A stretch of DNA of 64,000 nucleotides from Macrostomum lignano (Eukaryota), in the NCBI GenBank assembly GCA_002269645.1, contig NIVC01002670.1, positions 86,619 to 150,618 of the forward strand. The letters run 5' to 3'. Position 1 is the stretch's first letter. Each line of letters starts with the position of its first letter. Below, piece by piece: positions 29,020 to 40,946 of the stretch. The notes below the pieces were generated by a model. It did no database searches. It was not told where the DNA came from and saw only the letters and a program-made list of their open reading frames with translations. Both the position numbers and the translations under genes were made by a program.

Positions 29020-29254
29020 CATACATGGGCAACAGTTGGCCAAGTCAGCCGATCTGGCTGACCAATTAAGTAGCTGACAAGGCATTTTGACTTAATAAGA
29101 CAGTTATAGTTACTCCTGCTGTTTACCCAGAGTTGCGTTAATTTTGCATTAGGGTTTTTTACATGTAAGTCGCATTTTTGGCCAAAAACTACATTGCATT
29201 TTTGTTAAAACTAAGTTGCATGGCCAACCAAATTTTGGAGGTTGCGCATGTATG
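29020..29254 (-). mobile_element. hAT-type MITE, second copy carrying the 28S-derived segment, inverted relative to 24933-25200
   Basis: TIRs CATACATGGGCAAC and GTTGCGCATGTATG. 8-bp TSD ATCTAGCT at 29012-29019 and 29255-29262. 28S-like segment on the minus strand at 29128-29065. Confidence 0.88.
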
Positions 29255-32200
29255 ATCTAGCTCTATTATTGACTCCCTATATATAGCTCTATTATTGACT
29301 CCCTATATACTAGCTAGCCATCATGTATATTTTTATGTATATGAACCTATATTGTGACCCTTTACTTTATTGATATATAAACAACTACATGTACATATTG
29401 CTACAATTTACTAAAAACTGTTTACTTTTATAATTGTTTACTTTTTACAAGCTATTGACACTTTTGGATGCTTTGAAAGATAATCCTCTAGTATAATAAT
29501 ATAATAGGCATGATTGCTCTCACTGAAATTATCCCACTGCTGCAACCAGCTATTGTCAAAGGGGTGTTCCTCTGTCTTTATGAATGATCCCACTAGTTAG
29601 CCACCAGCTATTGTAGGAGTACTTTTCTAATTCCTATTATTAAGTTACTAAGTTGTGCTAGTATTAAACTTCTATCGATCTACTTAATGTACCTTTGCAT
29701 GTACATACTATTATCACTGGTAGCATCTACTTATCTACTTCTATTGGTAACATTCACTTATATTGGTAGCGTCTACTTATCTACTTCTGTACTTTTAGCC
29801 TGAGTGGTCTATTGGCAACTGTCGAATTCTTAGTCTCTCAGTCCTGGCATTCCCAGGATCAGAGGGTCATAGCTTTATGTGGTTTTCCCCACCCTGAGGC
29901 AATCTTCTCTTGCTATGAAGCAGTCCTCCTACCCTGAGGCAAATTTACAATTACTGCCCTAAGGCAATTTCTTGCTTTTAGTGGTCTCGAACTCTCCCAA
30001 TATGGGGGTTTTTACTTATAGAAATGAATAAGTCACTTGAACAATTTTCTTATCAAGTCTTAGCTATTGAAAGCTTTGCTGCGAGAGCACACAAACGAGT
30101 AAGTCTTCCTGGCCCACTCAGGGCTTCTATTTATACTAAGATTCGGTACAATTTTTACCAAAACTTAATTGCGAGAATAAGTTGTATTTTCGTTGTATTT
30201 TCAATTATTGTTTTTTTACAACTCACAACATTTAAACAAAATAATCATATTTTTGTGCAAATTTGAATAAGGTTTTTTGTTTTCTAAGAAACAAAATATA
30301 GAAATGAAAAGTTTTTTTTAAACATTTATATTGCATTACAAAAGCCCTTCCTCAATAAGAAACTAAAAATCTCTAAGAAGCTGCATATCACAATAGTAAA
30401 TGTAGCAACTTATCTGCAAATCTATGGATATGAATACTGATATAGATAAGGCTAAAAGAACTTTTTGTAGATACAAATATTGTATTGTATTGTAGAGGCA
30501 GTTGAATAAATCAAGACTAAAATCCAAGGGTTTCAGCAAAAATTGAATATTATTTACTAAATCTGATAAATATATGGCAGTTGTTATTTGTCCAGTGACT
30601 AGATGAATAGTGATGTGGTTATTTGTCCAGTTACTAGACCTATAGATTTGTCCAATTAAATTGCTAATATAAGTATTGATTTGTTTAGTGATGAATATTT
30701 TGAAATTTTTAGGACCTTTCTTATAGTCATATCTTGATTAATATTTTGTTATATATTAATGCAAGCAAAGCAGATATATATAATGTGTAAGCAATTTGGA
30801 ATAATTTGGTAATATAAGACATACACTAGTAGGCCTAGGCCTGGGCCTATAAAAACATAATAGGCCTAATCAAGATACGAGTAAAAAGTCTGAAGTCCAG
30901 AAATATTCATCCTTGTAGTTTCTGTAAAATAGATAAAATAGATAACCGGACAAATAACAAAATGCCTATTTGTCTAGCTACTCTAACATTAACTGGATGA
31001 ATAGGAAAACATGGCTAGGCCCTATTATCTAGTAACCAGACAAATAACCACATTGCTATTTGTTTGGTCACAGGACAAATAACAACTGCCTATATATACA
31101 AAATAGCTTGCATTTTCTACAAGATGTATTTTTTTTATAAAAATAGGACTTTGTGGCTTGATGCCTGCTTGTCTCTGGCCTTGCTTCTACTGTAGGCCAT
31201 AGCAGGCCTACTGGCTCTAGACTGTATAATCTTAAAGCCAAGCCAAAGGCAAAAATCGCTTTAAAATCTAATGATTTGGTAAACGAAAGCAATGGAATGG
31301 CTGTACAGTTAAGTTAATTTTGTGCAAAAATATTTTTACGAAAAACCCATTACTGCAGTCTTTTATAGCATGTTGTGTCTAGCCCAACCCCACTTAAAAA
31401 TAATATACTCAGAAATACAATAATTTTAATACTAATTACAAAAAATCCATGAACCAAACGCTGCGTTAAACATTGGCAAATACAGGATGAAGTCTTTCAG
31501 TCAGAATGCAAAACAAGAATGACAAGCGATCATCTAGAGCCTGAGTAGAGTAAATTAGTGACTTTAAAAAAATTGAAAATTTTCTAAGAACAACTGCTGG
31601 TTAATTTTAAAACAGCGATAGTACTGGTAAATAGCAGGTTATCCGTATAAAATGAACTATTGTTTCGTGATCTGTTACATTTTCAACCAAAAAATAAATA
31701 TTTCCTAATTTTTTCCTTACAATTTTAGATTGATATTCTTTATCCTCCACGATACATATCCTATGAAGAAATTTTTTTAGCCGCTATAGGTACGAGTTAA
31801 GAATTTTAATCAAAGTCGACTTCAAAAGGAAAATGAAGCTTCGTTTCCTACAAAATTTGGGGGCTGCGAGAAGAATACACTACGGCTGATCTACATGTAT
31901 ACGGAGGAACTTCAATGTGTACAGTTAAATTATTTGGGGAAAATAGCGATTAGTCATGCCTTGGATAGCTGCGTACCCGATGAAAATGTTTCACCCAGTT
32001 TGTAAAAAAATTCGTCTTTTTTTACATTCGATTGTTCAATAACAATGAACAAAAATTCGATTGTTCAATAATTGATTAACCTTGTTGATTAATACAGTAG
32101 AAGCAAAAAGGCGAACTGTTGTATAAATGTTAGTTATATTGCCGAGATATACACGTACACATTTACATGTGTCTATTCTAGGCCTAGGGAACGAGATGGC

Positions 32201-32755
32201 TAGTATAAGGAACCATATAGAGAATCCAAAAATATACTTTTTGAAATTTCAACAGCAAACGGTAAAAATCGTTCACTTTGCATGGCAGAAAATTTTCGTG
32301 CCCAGATCATCGTTAGCAATCCACCATATGCAGGTACGTACAAGGACCACAGTAACACTAGGACTAGTCTAAGTAGTCCTTGGGTACGTACTGTAGTACT
32401 ATGTACAAAGTATCATCCTTGGTTCCGGCCTCCTTTCATGGCGTCTTTATAGTTGGGCGTACATTTACTTAAACCAATACCTTAACAGAAAGATAACGAC
32501 ATGTACATAATATATGCATATGCACATAAATTAGAGAACAAATCCATAATTCTTTACGCTCTCGAAAACTCGGATTTTTCTAGCGGGGGTACGGGGTTTT
32601 TCTCCACTAAATTTCTCTGAAAAACCCCGTTCTGTGAGCATTAAATGCACTATAGCGATACGACAGATAATACGCTCCTTACTACGGCCTCCAACTCATT
32701 TCTAAGAAAATCAAGTGCAGCGTCCTTCTAAACTGCATTTGTCCATAGACCTGTG

Positions 32756-32800
32756 TGTACATGCCCGCGACGATTAGAAAGTCAGGGCCGCTGTGTGTGA
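32756..32800 (+). repeat. Isolated degenerate copy of the SINE core hairpin (TGTACATGCC...GACGATTAGAAAGTCAGGGCCGCTGT)
   Basis: Similar to the cores at 57154-57194 and 58343-58382. Confidence 0.6.
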
Positions 32801-34672
32801 GCGTGACACAGGTGTGTGAGCGTCTATGAGTGCATGCGGTTATATGTGCAGGAGTCAGCGAGTGCAGGTCAGAATTGCTTAGTGCTGGTTGTGGGATGAT
32901 TTCATTGGAGGCGTTGCGCCGGTAGCTAGAACTCTCTTGCGATTATCTAGTTTGTTTATCCTCTGTTACGGGAGCAAGTTCTAGACTGGGCAATGTGTGG
33001 TAGAAGCAAGAACGATCTAGACGTGTTCTTACTTAAGTCGTCCTTGGCGTCGGATATCTGAGCGGAACGGGAAAACGTATTAAGTCACAAGCTGAATCGC
33101 ACCTCGAAGATCGGCCTTGTGCTTTGTCCCATCACAATCAGTGGTGACAGGAACGCTGCTGGTATTTCGTTGCTCGAGGAACGTGACCTGCCCATTTGGA
33201 AAAGCATAATCTTTTCAAAGTATTCTGATTCTCGTTTATTGAAGAGGCAACAACATAAAAAAAAGGAAATAATGATAAGTAGTATGGTTACATGCATTGA
33301 TTTTGCCTAATGTTATATACTCGTAATAGTTAAGCGTCATGCCCCAGGGGCGCAGAAAAAGGGGTGGGCAAAGCGAATTGGCGCGCCTCCTTGACAACTG
33401 ATCAGGCGCGCCCCTTCTAAGCAGCTGTGGCGCCACTGGTGTAGTAACCCCACACCCAACCCCCCCCCCCTGATGACATCCTCGAGGTGCCGGCCCCAAG
33501 CATCAATGTCGCCCCCCCCCCAAAGATGTGAAAAATCGTTGCCACTCCCCTGGCAACTGTAAGTTAAGTGGATTAAATTCTTTTGTTCTGACAGGGTTCA
33601 ATCCAAGGAGATTGCTAAGTGATTGAGCTGCTTTTTTTGTCCGGACAATAATGGACAACTCATTTACAGTCAGCTAGACTAGAAGCTCATATTAGAATTT
33701 GAATTCAATTTTTCAATTTGACAATTGTTGGAGTACCATTCTACTAACCAATTGAAAGCAAGAAAATTTTCTCACAAAAGGCAATTTTTCTGGCAAAAGT
33801 ATTGAAAATAATTGCCTAGATTAATGAATGCAACTTAAAAATTAGCATGGTTACTGTAGGAACTGAATGCGATTGAGTCTGATGCTTTCAGTAGACAGCA
33901 GCAAGAAGTCTCAATACATAAAATAGAATCTATCCATTTTAATCCTTAGCGAGACGGGACTGCAGCTAAAGCCGCGCTGAGCACACTGAACAAATGCGCG
34001 CACTCGGGGAGAGAAAATCAGCGGGCAAAACAAACGCTAGAAGTCGTCCCCAGCGCTAGCCATGTACTCACTCACTGCAGTCTGCACCTGGTTACTTTCA
34101 CTTTACTTTTACCCGGTTAGTTTTGTTTCTGGCTTTAACCCACTCAAGCCCAAAACAGATTTAGTTCAAGTGTTAAGTTAATAAATAAAACATGAATAGT
34201 TGGAGCAGGCTGTGTACGAGCGTAGTATTATGATTCATTTTTCTTGTTTACACGTACGAGTAACAAACCTAATAAATAGTACGCGGTGTACGTGTAAGAT
34301 GCACTGGCGAAGCCAAGATCACGGTCATGACCCCCAGGACCTCCACCCAGTCAGCCGATAATTTATAAATCGTAGATTTCTTTAGACTCCCCGGGATAGA
34401 AATCATGACTAAGCCACTGGATGCTAGCATGAAAACTTTTCATGTCATGTCAAGTCAGGAGAAGCATTATTACCAAACCGACAGACTTTTCATTGGCTCC
34501 TGGACCTGAGAGAACATTTTGATGTGATGAAGCTGATTTTCTGGTCTTAACAGCTGCCTCATCCGCAAAAAGCCGACTCCATTTGCTATGATATCTTAGC
34601 ATAGTCGTTAGCATTGAGTTAGGTGCGAGTAGGATTCAGATTTCAAGATTTCATGATTTGGTACCTAGATAT

Positions 34673-35316
34673 TCGAGGGGTGTCCGGAAAGTTCTGACAC
34701 TTTTAACCCCGGAGGAAAACAGTAGCAGCTGCAAGCACATCTTTGGCGTCATTTTAAAGAGGCACATATTTTCTTTCCAATTCATTCAGTCGCGTGTATT
34801 TTGGTCATTTCATTTAAAAGTTATGTGTGAAAACCCATCGCAATGCCACTGATAGTCTCACAGTAAAAGGTGAAGTACATAACTTAGGCAACTTTTTATG
34901 GATCTTGTTTGCAGCACGCAAGTATACAAGTACACACAAAACGGCTCTGATTTCAGTGCATCCCTCACTTACCGTCCATCCCTTCTGAGTTGAGTATTTT
35001 ATTCACTCCGTCACTTCTAAGCAAACCTCACTGCTTTGCACCTTGCGAAATTTTGCTTAATCAAGTGTTTTGATTTTTGCGATTATTGACACCATGATGA
35101 GTCTGCAATCGAAAGAAGGCCAAAGGTACGGAATGCTCAAGCGATGGCAAAATTGTGTTGCTACAGGTGGAGACTATGTTGAGAAAGCTGCCTTGAAGGT
35201 TGATGATGATGATAAGTGACTACAATTCGTTTTTTAGGACAAAACCTAGCTTTTTAAATTTTTAAACTTTTACTGTAAGACTATTAGTGGCATTGCGATG
35301 GGTTTTCACACAACTT
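34673..35316 (+). mobile_element. Degenerate mariner (Tc1/mariner) derivative
   Basis: Mariner-like end CGAGGGGTGTCCGGAAAG at about 34674. C-terminal transposase remnant LKRWQNCVATGGDYVEK at about 35137-35187. About 50-bp inverted repeat at 34818-34869 and 35267-35316. Confidence 0.7.
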
Positions 35317-36389
35317 ATGATCTTCATGTGGGTTCATATGGGTTCCGTATGTTTTGCATCATCTAGCATATTTAACAGCAATAATACAATAACTAACAAT
35401 GCTCTGCATCCTAAACGGCATTTTATGCATGTTTCGAGTAAGTGCATTTAAAGCAATTCTTCAACTGCTTGTATCTAGAATTGTGGTTTCTTTCAGAATA
35501 AAAGTGTTATATAGGAACACAGGTCATTAATTTGCAGTTAGTTCATCGGTTTCTACCGGTAGCTTGTTGCATCTATAGGACAATAGGTTTTACTCGATCT
35601 TGTAATTTCGGTCCTGCCAATAACTGTAATCTTCATAGAGTTTACCGAGTACTTAGGTAAAAATTATACGGGCTCAATGGCTCGAGCAAGGCATGAGAAG
35701 ATTTGAAATAATAGAAGTTTATTTTATTGAATGTTGAGCATACATTAATTCCAACTGAGTAAAGGAAACGTTTAGTCCATGCACGATCATGGACAGACTA
35801 GAAAACGATTGGACTAGAAGTCCCATGACACTGCTGACAGCATTCGTGCAGCCACAATAACACTTCTTCTAGTCTTTCTTTCTCGCTTTCAGCTATATCC
35901 TGTTTCTCTTTCCGCTTCTGTCATGCAGGCGCGACGCGCTGACATCAGCCCGGATACAGTCCACTGCAGATCCGATTGTTTTTATCCAATATTTTTTTTC
36001 AGATCAGATTCAAAATAAAAGCAATGCAGTTGCTCGCTCTGAAAGAGAGCATGACTCTCTGTAGCAAGGGAAATGAAATTAAATCAGGCGCAGCGCAGAG
36101 GGACCCGGTACGGTTTGGCGGGGACTATTTTTAGTTGAGCACAGACAGAACAACATTACCGGTAGAGCGAACATCGGTTAAGACTCTCGCGAAATGAATG
36201 GCTCCAATCAAGTGCATCGTAGCGTTAAAACGAATAAATAGTTAATTAGCTAGGAGTACTATGCAGTGAGAAAATGCGAGCTGCATCAAGTGGAATGCGA
36301 GCTGGAGTGGATTTAAGTGCTTTTATACCAACCAGTTTTTGGTTTGGTAATTTGGTAGAAATTAAGGGTAGCAGGTATGAGACTGGAGG

Positions 36390-38680
36390 CTTACGGCGGA
36401 TCTGCCATCAATACCATCGGCAAAGTCAAGCTTCTGGTTGTATTTAACAACACCAGAGTGACTGCCATTTTCTACGTCGCCGACAATGAATCGGTGGGCC
36501 GGGTCCGGTCCCCGCACCGGGGAAGGCAGTCTTGAGTAATGACCAGACCTCTTTGGGCTGGATCCAGAGCGCCAAGGGGGTCAGATCGGTCGGCATGGCA
36601 AGACAATGGAAAATATGCGTGACGGTTTCGTCGTCCCGGCCGCATATGCGGCAAAGCAGTGAGGCCGACGTGTCAATTTTAGATTGATAGGTGGCGAGCA
36701 GCTTACAGTGACCGGAGCGCAGCTGGGCTAGAGTGATGCGCTGGCGACGGTTGCGAAGGCTCTCGGTGGTGCAGATGTTCGGCGCGCGCGAGCCAAGGAC
36801 CGGGTTTGGCGGCTGCTTGTTGAAGTGCTCGCTGACAAACGCAGTATGTATGGACTGCCGAGTATGCGAGGCGGAGGGAGGCAAAATCCGTGATGGGAGT
36901 CGAGTAGGATGATAGCCGATGCGAGCGAAAATGGCGTTGGAGAACGAACCAAGATTGCAGCGAATGGAGCGACGTGGCGAGGGGTCTTGGAAGAGCTGGT
37001 GATTAGGATGCCAGGAGGCCGAGCAGGAAGCCCAGCGACTCAAGGCGCTCAGAGTGCGCTTTAACAGGGAGCACGGCGCATTCAGAGTGAAAGTTCTCGA
37101 CCTGAGTGCAGTTGTGACACTCGGTGATGATTCGCAGAGCCACGTTCTGACAGCGCTGGAGCAGGTTCCAGCTGGTCTTGCTGAGGAGGGGCGACTAGAC
37201 AGGGGCGCAGTAGTTAAGTTGTGACCTGCAGATGGCTTCGAAGGACACGCTGAGAGTCTCTTTATCTTGGCCCCAGTGCGTGCCACAAAGAGCGCGTAGG
37301 ATGGGTGGATTTGGAGCGGACCTTGTTGCTGGTCAGTTTGGCATGAAAGCAAAGAAGGGGGTCGAACGTGACGCCCAGGATCTTCGGGTTAGTGCAGTAG
37401 GACAATGGCGAGCCGCACAGAAAGATCGGAGGAGACGAGTGAAATTCGTGGGTTTTGCTGGTAAAGATGGTAGCAGGTGAGTTGCCCAGCGAGAGCGGAA
37501 GGCTTTTAATTTCGAGATAGCGGCAGAGCTGATCGAGGTACGGTTGAATGAGCTCAGAGAGTTTAATGACAAACGGGCCGCGAGCGCAGATAGAAATGTC
37601 GTCGGCATACTGCGTAATTTGCAGGTTTGGCGGCGGACGCGGAAGGTCAGACATATAGAAAGCGGAAAGGAGAGGAGATAAAACTCCGCCTTGTGGGACT
37701 CCGACGTGCAGCGGGCGGGATTTAGAAAGAATAGTGCGATAATCGGGGAGCGACTGTTAAGATAAGCGTGAAGCCAGCGGACCAAAGCGTGCGGCAGAGA
37801 GGACTGAAGCAGCATCTCGCAGAGCTTGGTATGTTCGACTTTGTCAAAAGCGTTTTGGAGGTCGAGAGCGACAAGGAGACTACGGAGAGCTGGCTTCTGG
37901 GCGTTTAGGCCCTCACTGGTGAAGGTGGTCAAGCCGAGCAGAGCCGTGGTGGTGGAATGACGGTCGCGGTCTGCGTCGGTCCAAGAGCTTTATTCATCGG
38001 ACCAAAGTCGACGCCTCGTTGAAGCCGGTATCACAGCCAATGCGGAAGTTTTCGATCAGGCGGAAGATCACCCGAAAGGACATCAGTAATCAGTCGAATA
38101 GAGCGACCAGGCATCATGGAGAAGGTCAATGCCTTGAGTGGGTCAGCAAAGTGGTTGTGACACGCAACGAATCCAATAAAGTTCGTCTCTGCGTAGACCT
38201 GTGACAAGTTAACAAAGCGCAGACCGCTACCCTGTGCCGTCAATCGAGGACCTGTCAGCGAGCATTACCGGGTCGAAGTGCTTCAGCAAGCTGGACCTCC
38301 AACAAGGTTACCAGCAGATACTACTGCATCCTAACTCTCGAGGACTGAATTTCTTCATCCTCGATGCCGGCCTGTACGAGTTCATCGTGGTGCCATATTT
38401 GAGTCCAGCTCCGGAGCTGCCTTCCAGAGGGCCCTTCGGACAGTGCTTCAAGGAGCTCCAGGCGCCATCAAAATCGTTGACAAAATCCTGGTACACAGCA
38501 CGAACGAGACTGAGAATGAAAAGAACCTCCGTGAAGTCCTGGACACAAAATTCACCGCGAAGGCTTCACGCTCAACCTTGAGAAGTGCAAATTCAGGCAG
38601 CCAAGCGTCGAGTTCTTTGGGTTGGTGATCTTTTCAGATGGAATCAGAATGACCCAGTCCAACGTTGAGGGGATAGATCA
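36390..38680 (+). mobile_element. Ty3/Gypsy pol remnant (protease region and RT), interrupted by a LINE
   Basis: YGGSAINTIGKVKL...FYVADN before the insert. After it: KVRLCVDL, YPVPSIEDL...SKLDLQQGYQQILLHP, IVDKILVH and LNLEKCKFRQPSVEFFG, with frameshifts and stops. Confidence 0.8.
36490..37975 (-). mobile_element. 5'-truncated non-LTR retrotransposon (I/Nimb/Ingi-like RT and C-terminal CCHC)
   Basis: STTTALL, LLVALDLQNAFDKVEH, QYADD, PKILGVTFD and ITLAQLRSGHC...CRICGRDDETVTHIFHC, in broken frames. Confidence 0.85.
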
Positions 38681-38789
38681 ATTAGATGAAATTAGATGAG
38701 ATAAAATAGGTAAGATTAGATGAGTTGACGAGATAGATAAATAGCTCGTAGGAATGATGAATGAGTTTGATTGAATGGATCAACTAAAT

Positions 38790-39265
38790 CAGATAGGTCA
38801 GGTAGATCAGATAGGTCAGGTAGATCAGATAGGTCAGGTAGATCAGATAGGTCAGGTAGATCAGATAGGTCAGGTAGATCAGATAGGTCAGGTAGATCAG
38901 ATAGGTCAGGTAGATCAGATAGGTCAGGTAGATCAGATAGGTCAGGTAGATCAGATAGGTCAGGTAGATCAGATAGGTCAGGTAGATCAGATAGGTCAGG
39001 TAGATCAGATAGGTCAGGTAGATCAGATAGGTCAGGTAGATCAGATAGGTCAGGTAGATCAGATAGGTCAGGTAGATCAGATAGGTCAGGTAGATCAGAT
39101 AGGTCAGGTAGATCAGATAGGTCAGGTAGATCAGATAGGTCAGGTAGATCAGATAGGTCAGGTAGATCAGATAGGTCAGGTAGATCAGATAGGTCAGGTA
39201 GATCAGATAGGTCAGGTAGATCAGATAGGTCAGGTAGATCAGATAGGTCAGGTAGATCAGATAGA
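38790..39265. repeat. 18-bp perfect minisatellite (AGATCAGATAGGTCAGGT), about 26 copies
   Basis: Direct observation. Source of the SDRSGR/LSDLPD ORFs. Confidence 0.97.
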
Positions 39266-39758
39266 TTTTCAGTTTTTTCGAAAATAAAACAGATTCGTCT
39301 TTTAAAGCCTAAAAGCAAAACAACGTAGCTCATAAAAGAAGAAGAAATTTACATAATCGAATGGGATTCTTTAAAAAAAATCGGGAAGCAAAATATTCAC
39401 TGGCACACACACGCATCGGCTGCAGAGGTTCTCTTGCTCATCTTAAAAATGACGCGCCATCCAGCTATCTTTAGCCGCCACCTGGCCATGGCGAAACTGC
39501 CCACACTTTCAGTCAATTCGTGCTCGCACATTTCTTCTTCCCGATTCTCTTTTATTCAATTTATTTATTCATCCTTTAAACGCCTGATATTTCCCAAGCA
39601 AAAGCCCGGCTCGCGAATTCTCTTTAGTGGCCGACTGCCGTCCGCCAATCAAGGAAGCCCTCCTGACTCGCCTCCTTCCTTTTTACTGATAGAAAGCGGA
39701 GTCCTCTTCGTCTCGAAGCCCCCCTGACGCCTGAGCAGCACATCAGCAAGAGACAAAG

Positions 39759-40946
39759 ATGGAGGAGTCACTCGGTAGACTTGCCAGTTCGAGTAGCGCG
39801 ATGGTGGCCTGGTACCTGCTGGCAGCCACCACTGTAGCCATCCTGCTGCTGTGCCTCGCCGGCCTGCGCAGCTGCCTACTGCGCCGCTACCGGCTGGGCA
39901 GCCTCCTCATCGTGCGCTGGATCTGTCTCGCCGACATCTGCTTTGTCCTACACCGAGTTGTGTTTCTTCTGCTCACCGCCTTGCTGTCAACCGGACCGCC
40001 CGGCAGTAAGCTGATCATCACTTGGACATGTAAGCTCTACACTGCTCTGGAGTCGCTGCTAACGCTTGTGCAGACCTGGCTACTGGTCCTGCTGGCCATG
40101 GAACGGGCCGCAATGAAGCTGCGTCCCGATACCGGCCTTCGCTACTTCAACCGACTCCGCCTCCGCGTCGGGATTGCCATTGCCGGCATTCTTGCGTTCT
40201 CGCTGCACATCAACTACATCTATGTGTTCACGCCTGTTACGAGTGCCATTTTCAACGAACGGGCGCCAGGAGCAGCCGAGCTCAACTTTACAATGCCGTC
40301 GATGACCCCAGCTGTAAAAGTTGACTTTGAGCCGCACCCTCAGATGGGGTACAATGATTCTGTCGAATACCAGGAAGGGTGCGCCATCGACTTTGGCTTC
40401 GAGACATTCTACAACTACGTGGAGATGGCCAACATCCTGCTTGGAGTCTACCTGCCCGTGCTCATCGTCAACACCTGCGTGGTGCTCCTGTGCTCGCATT
40501 ACGCAGCTCGCGGCTTCACCCGGCTATCGAATCAGCAGGCTGCCCGGCTGTTGCCGCCCGGCTCAGCTGGCAATCAGCGCGCCCTCGCCAGCCTAGCCCG
40601 ATTCAACAACACTATCGACGCGCTGTTCCTGGCGCTGAGCCTGTTCTCCTACGTGCCAATGGAGTCTATCGGAATCTACAAAGCCTTCCTCGTGCACACG
40701 TCCAAAGCGTCTCACCAGTTCCTGTACGAGCTGGTCTGCAGCATGTTCATGCCGGCGAAGAACCTGCTCGACGCGCTGCTCATCGGACCGACGCTGATCT
40801 ACCTGCTGAGCGCGGCACGACTTGGTTATCCCAAGCCGCCGCGTAGGCCAGAGCAGAGTGACTGCAACAACCGTGTCACCGCGAATGCCGAGAGCGCCGT
40901 CGACATCGAGTTGGACGACCTCAACCCAGGCGGTAACATCGTCTGA
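39759..40946 (+). CDS. Intronless class A (rhodopsin-like) GPCR, probable peptide receptor
   Basis: 395-aa ORF with about seven hydrophobic segments. TM2 ICLADICF, TM3 C(KLY)...LLAMER (DRY-like), an ECL2 Cys and TM6 FSYVP. GC-rich coding composition. Confidence 0.85.
   Translation: MEESLGRLASSSSAMVAWYLLAATTVAILLLCLAGLRSCLLRRYRLGSLLIVRWICLADICFVLHRVVFLLLTALLSTGPPGSKLIITWTCKLYTALESLLTLVQTWLLVLLAMERAAMKLRPDTGLRYFNRLRLRVGIAIAGILAFSLHINYIYVFTPVTSAIFNERAPGAAELNFTMPSMTPAVKVDFEPHPQMGYNDSVEYQEGCAIDFGFETFYNYVEMANILLGVYLPVLIVNTCVVLLCSHYAARGFTRLSNQQAARLLPPGSAGNQRALASLARFNNTIDALFLALSLFSYVPMESIGIYKAFLVHTSKASHQFLYELVCSMFMPAKNLLDALLIGPTLIYLLSAARLGYPKPPRRPEQSDCNNRVTANAESAVDIELDDLNPGGNIV

Noticed and set aside
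33345-33552. Possible CAGGGG...CCCCTG MITE
   Set aside because: Only about 6 bp of terminal match and no TSD found.
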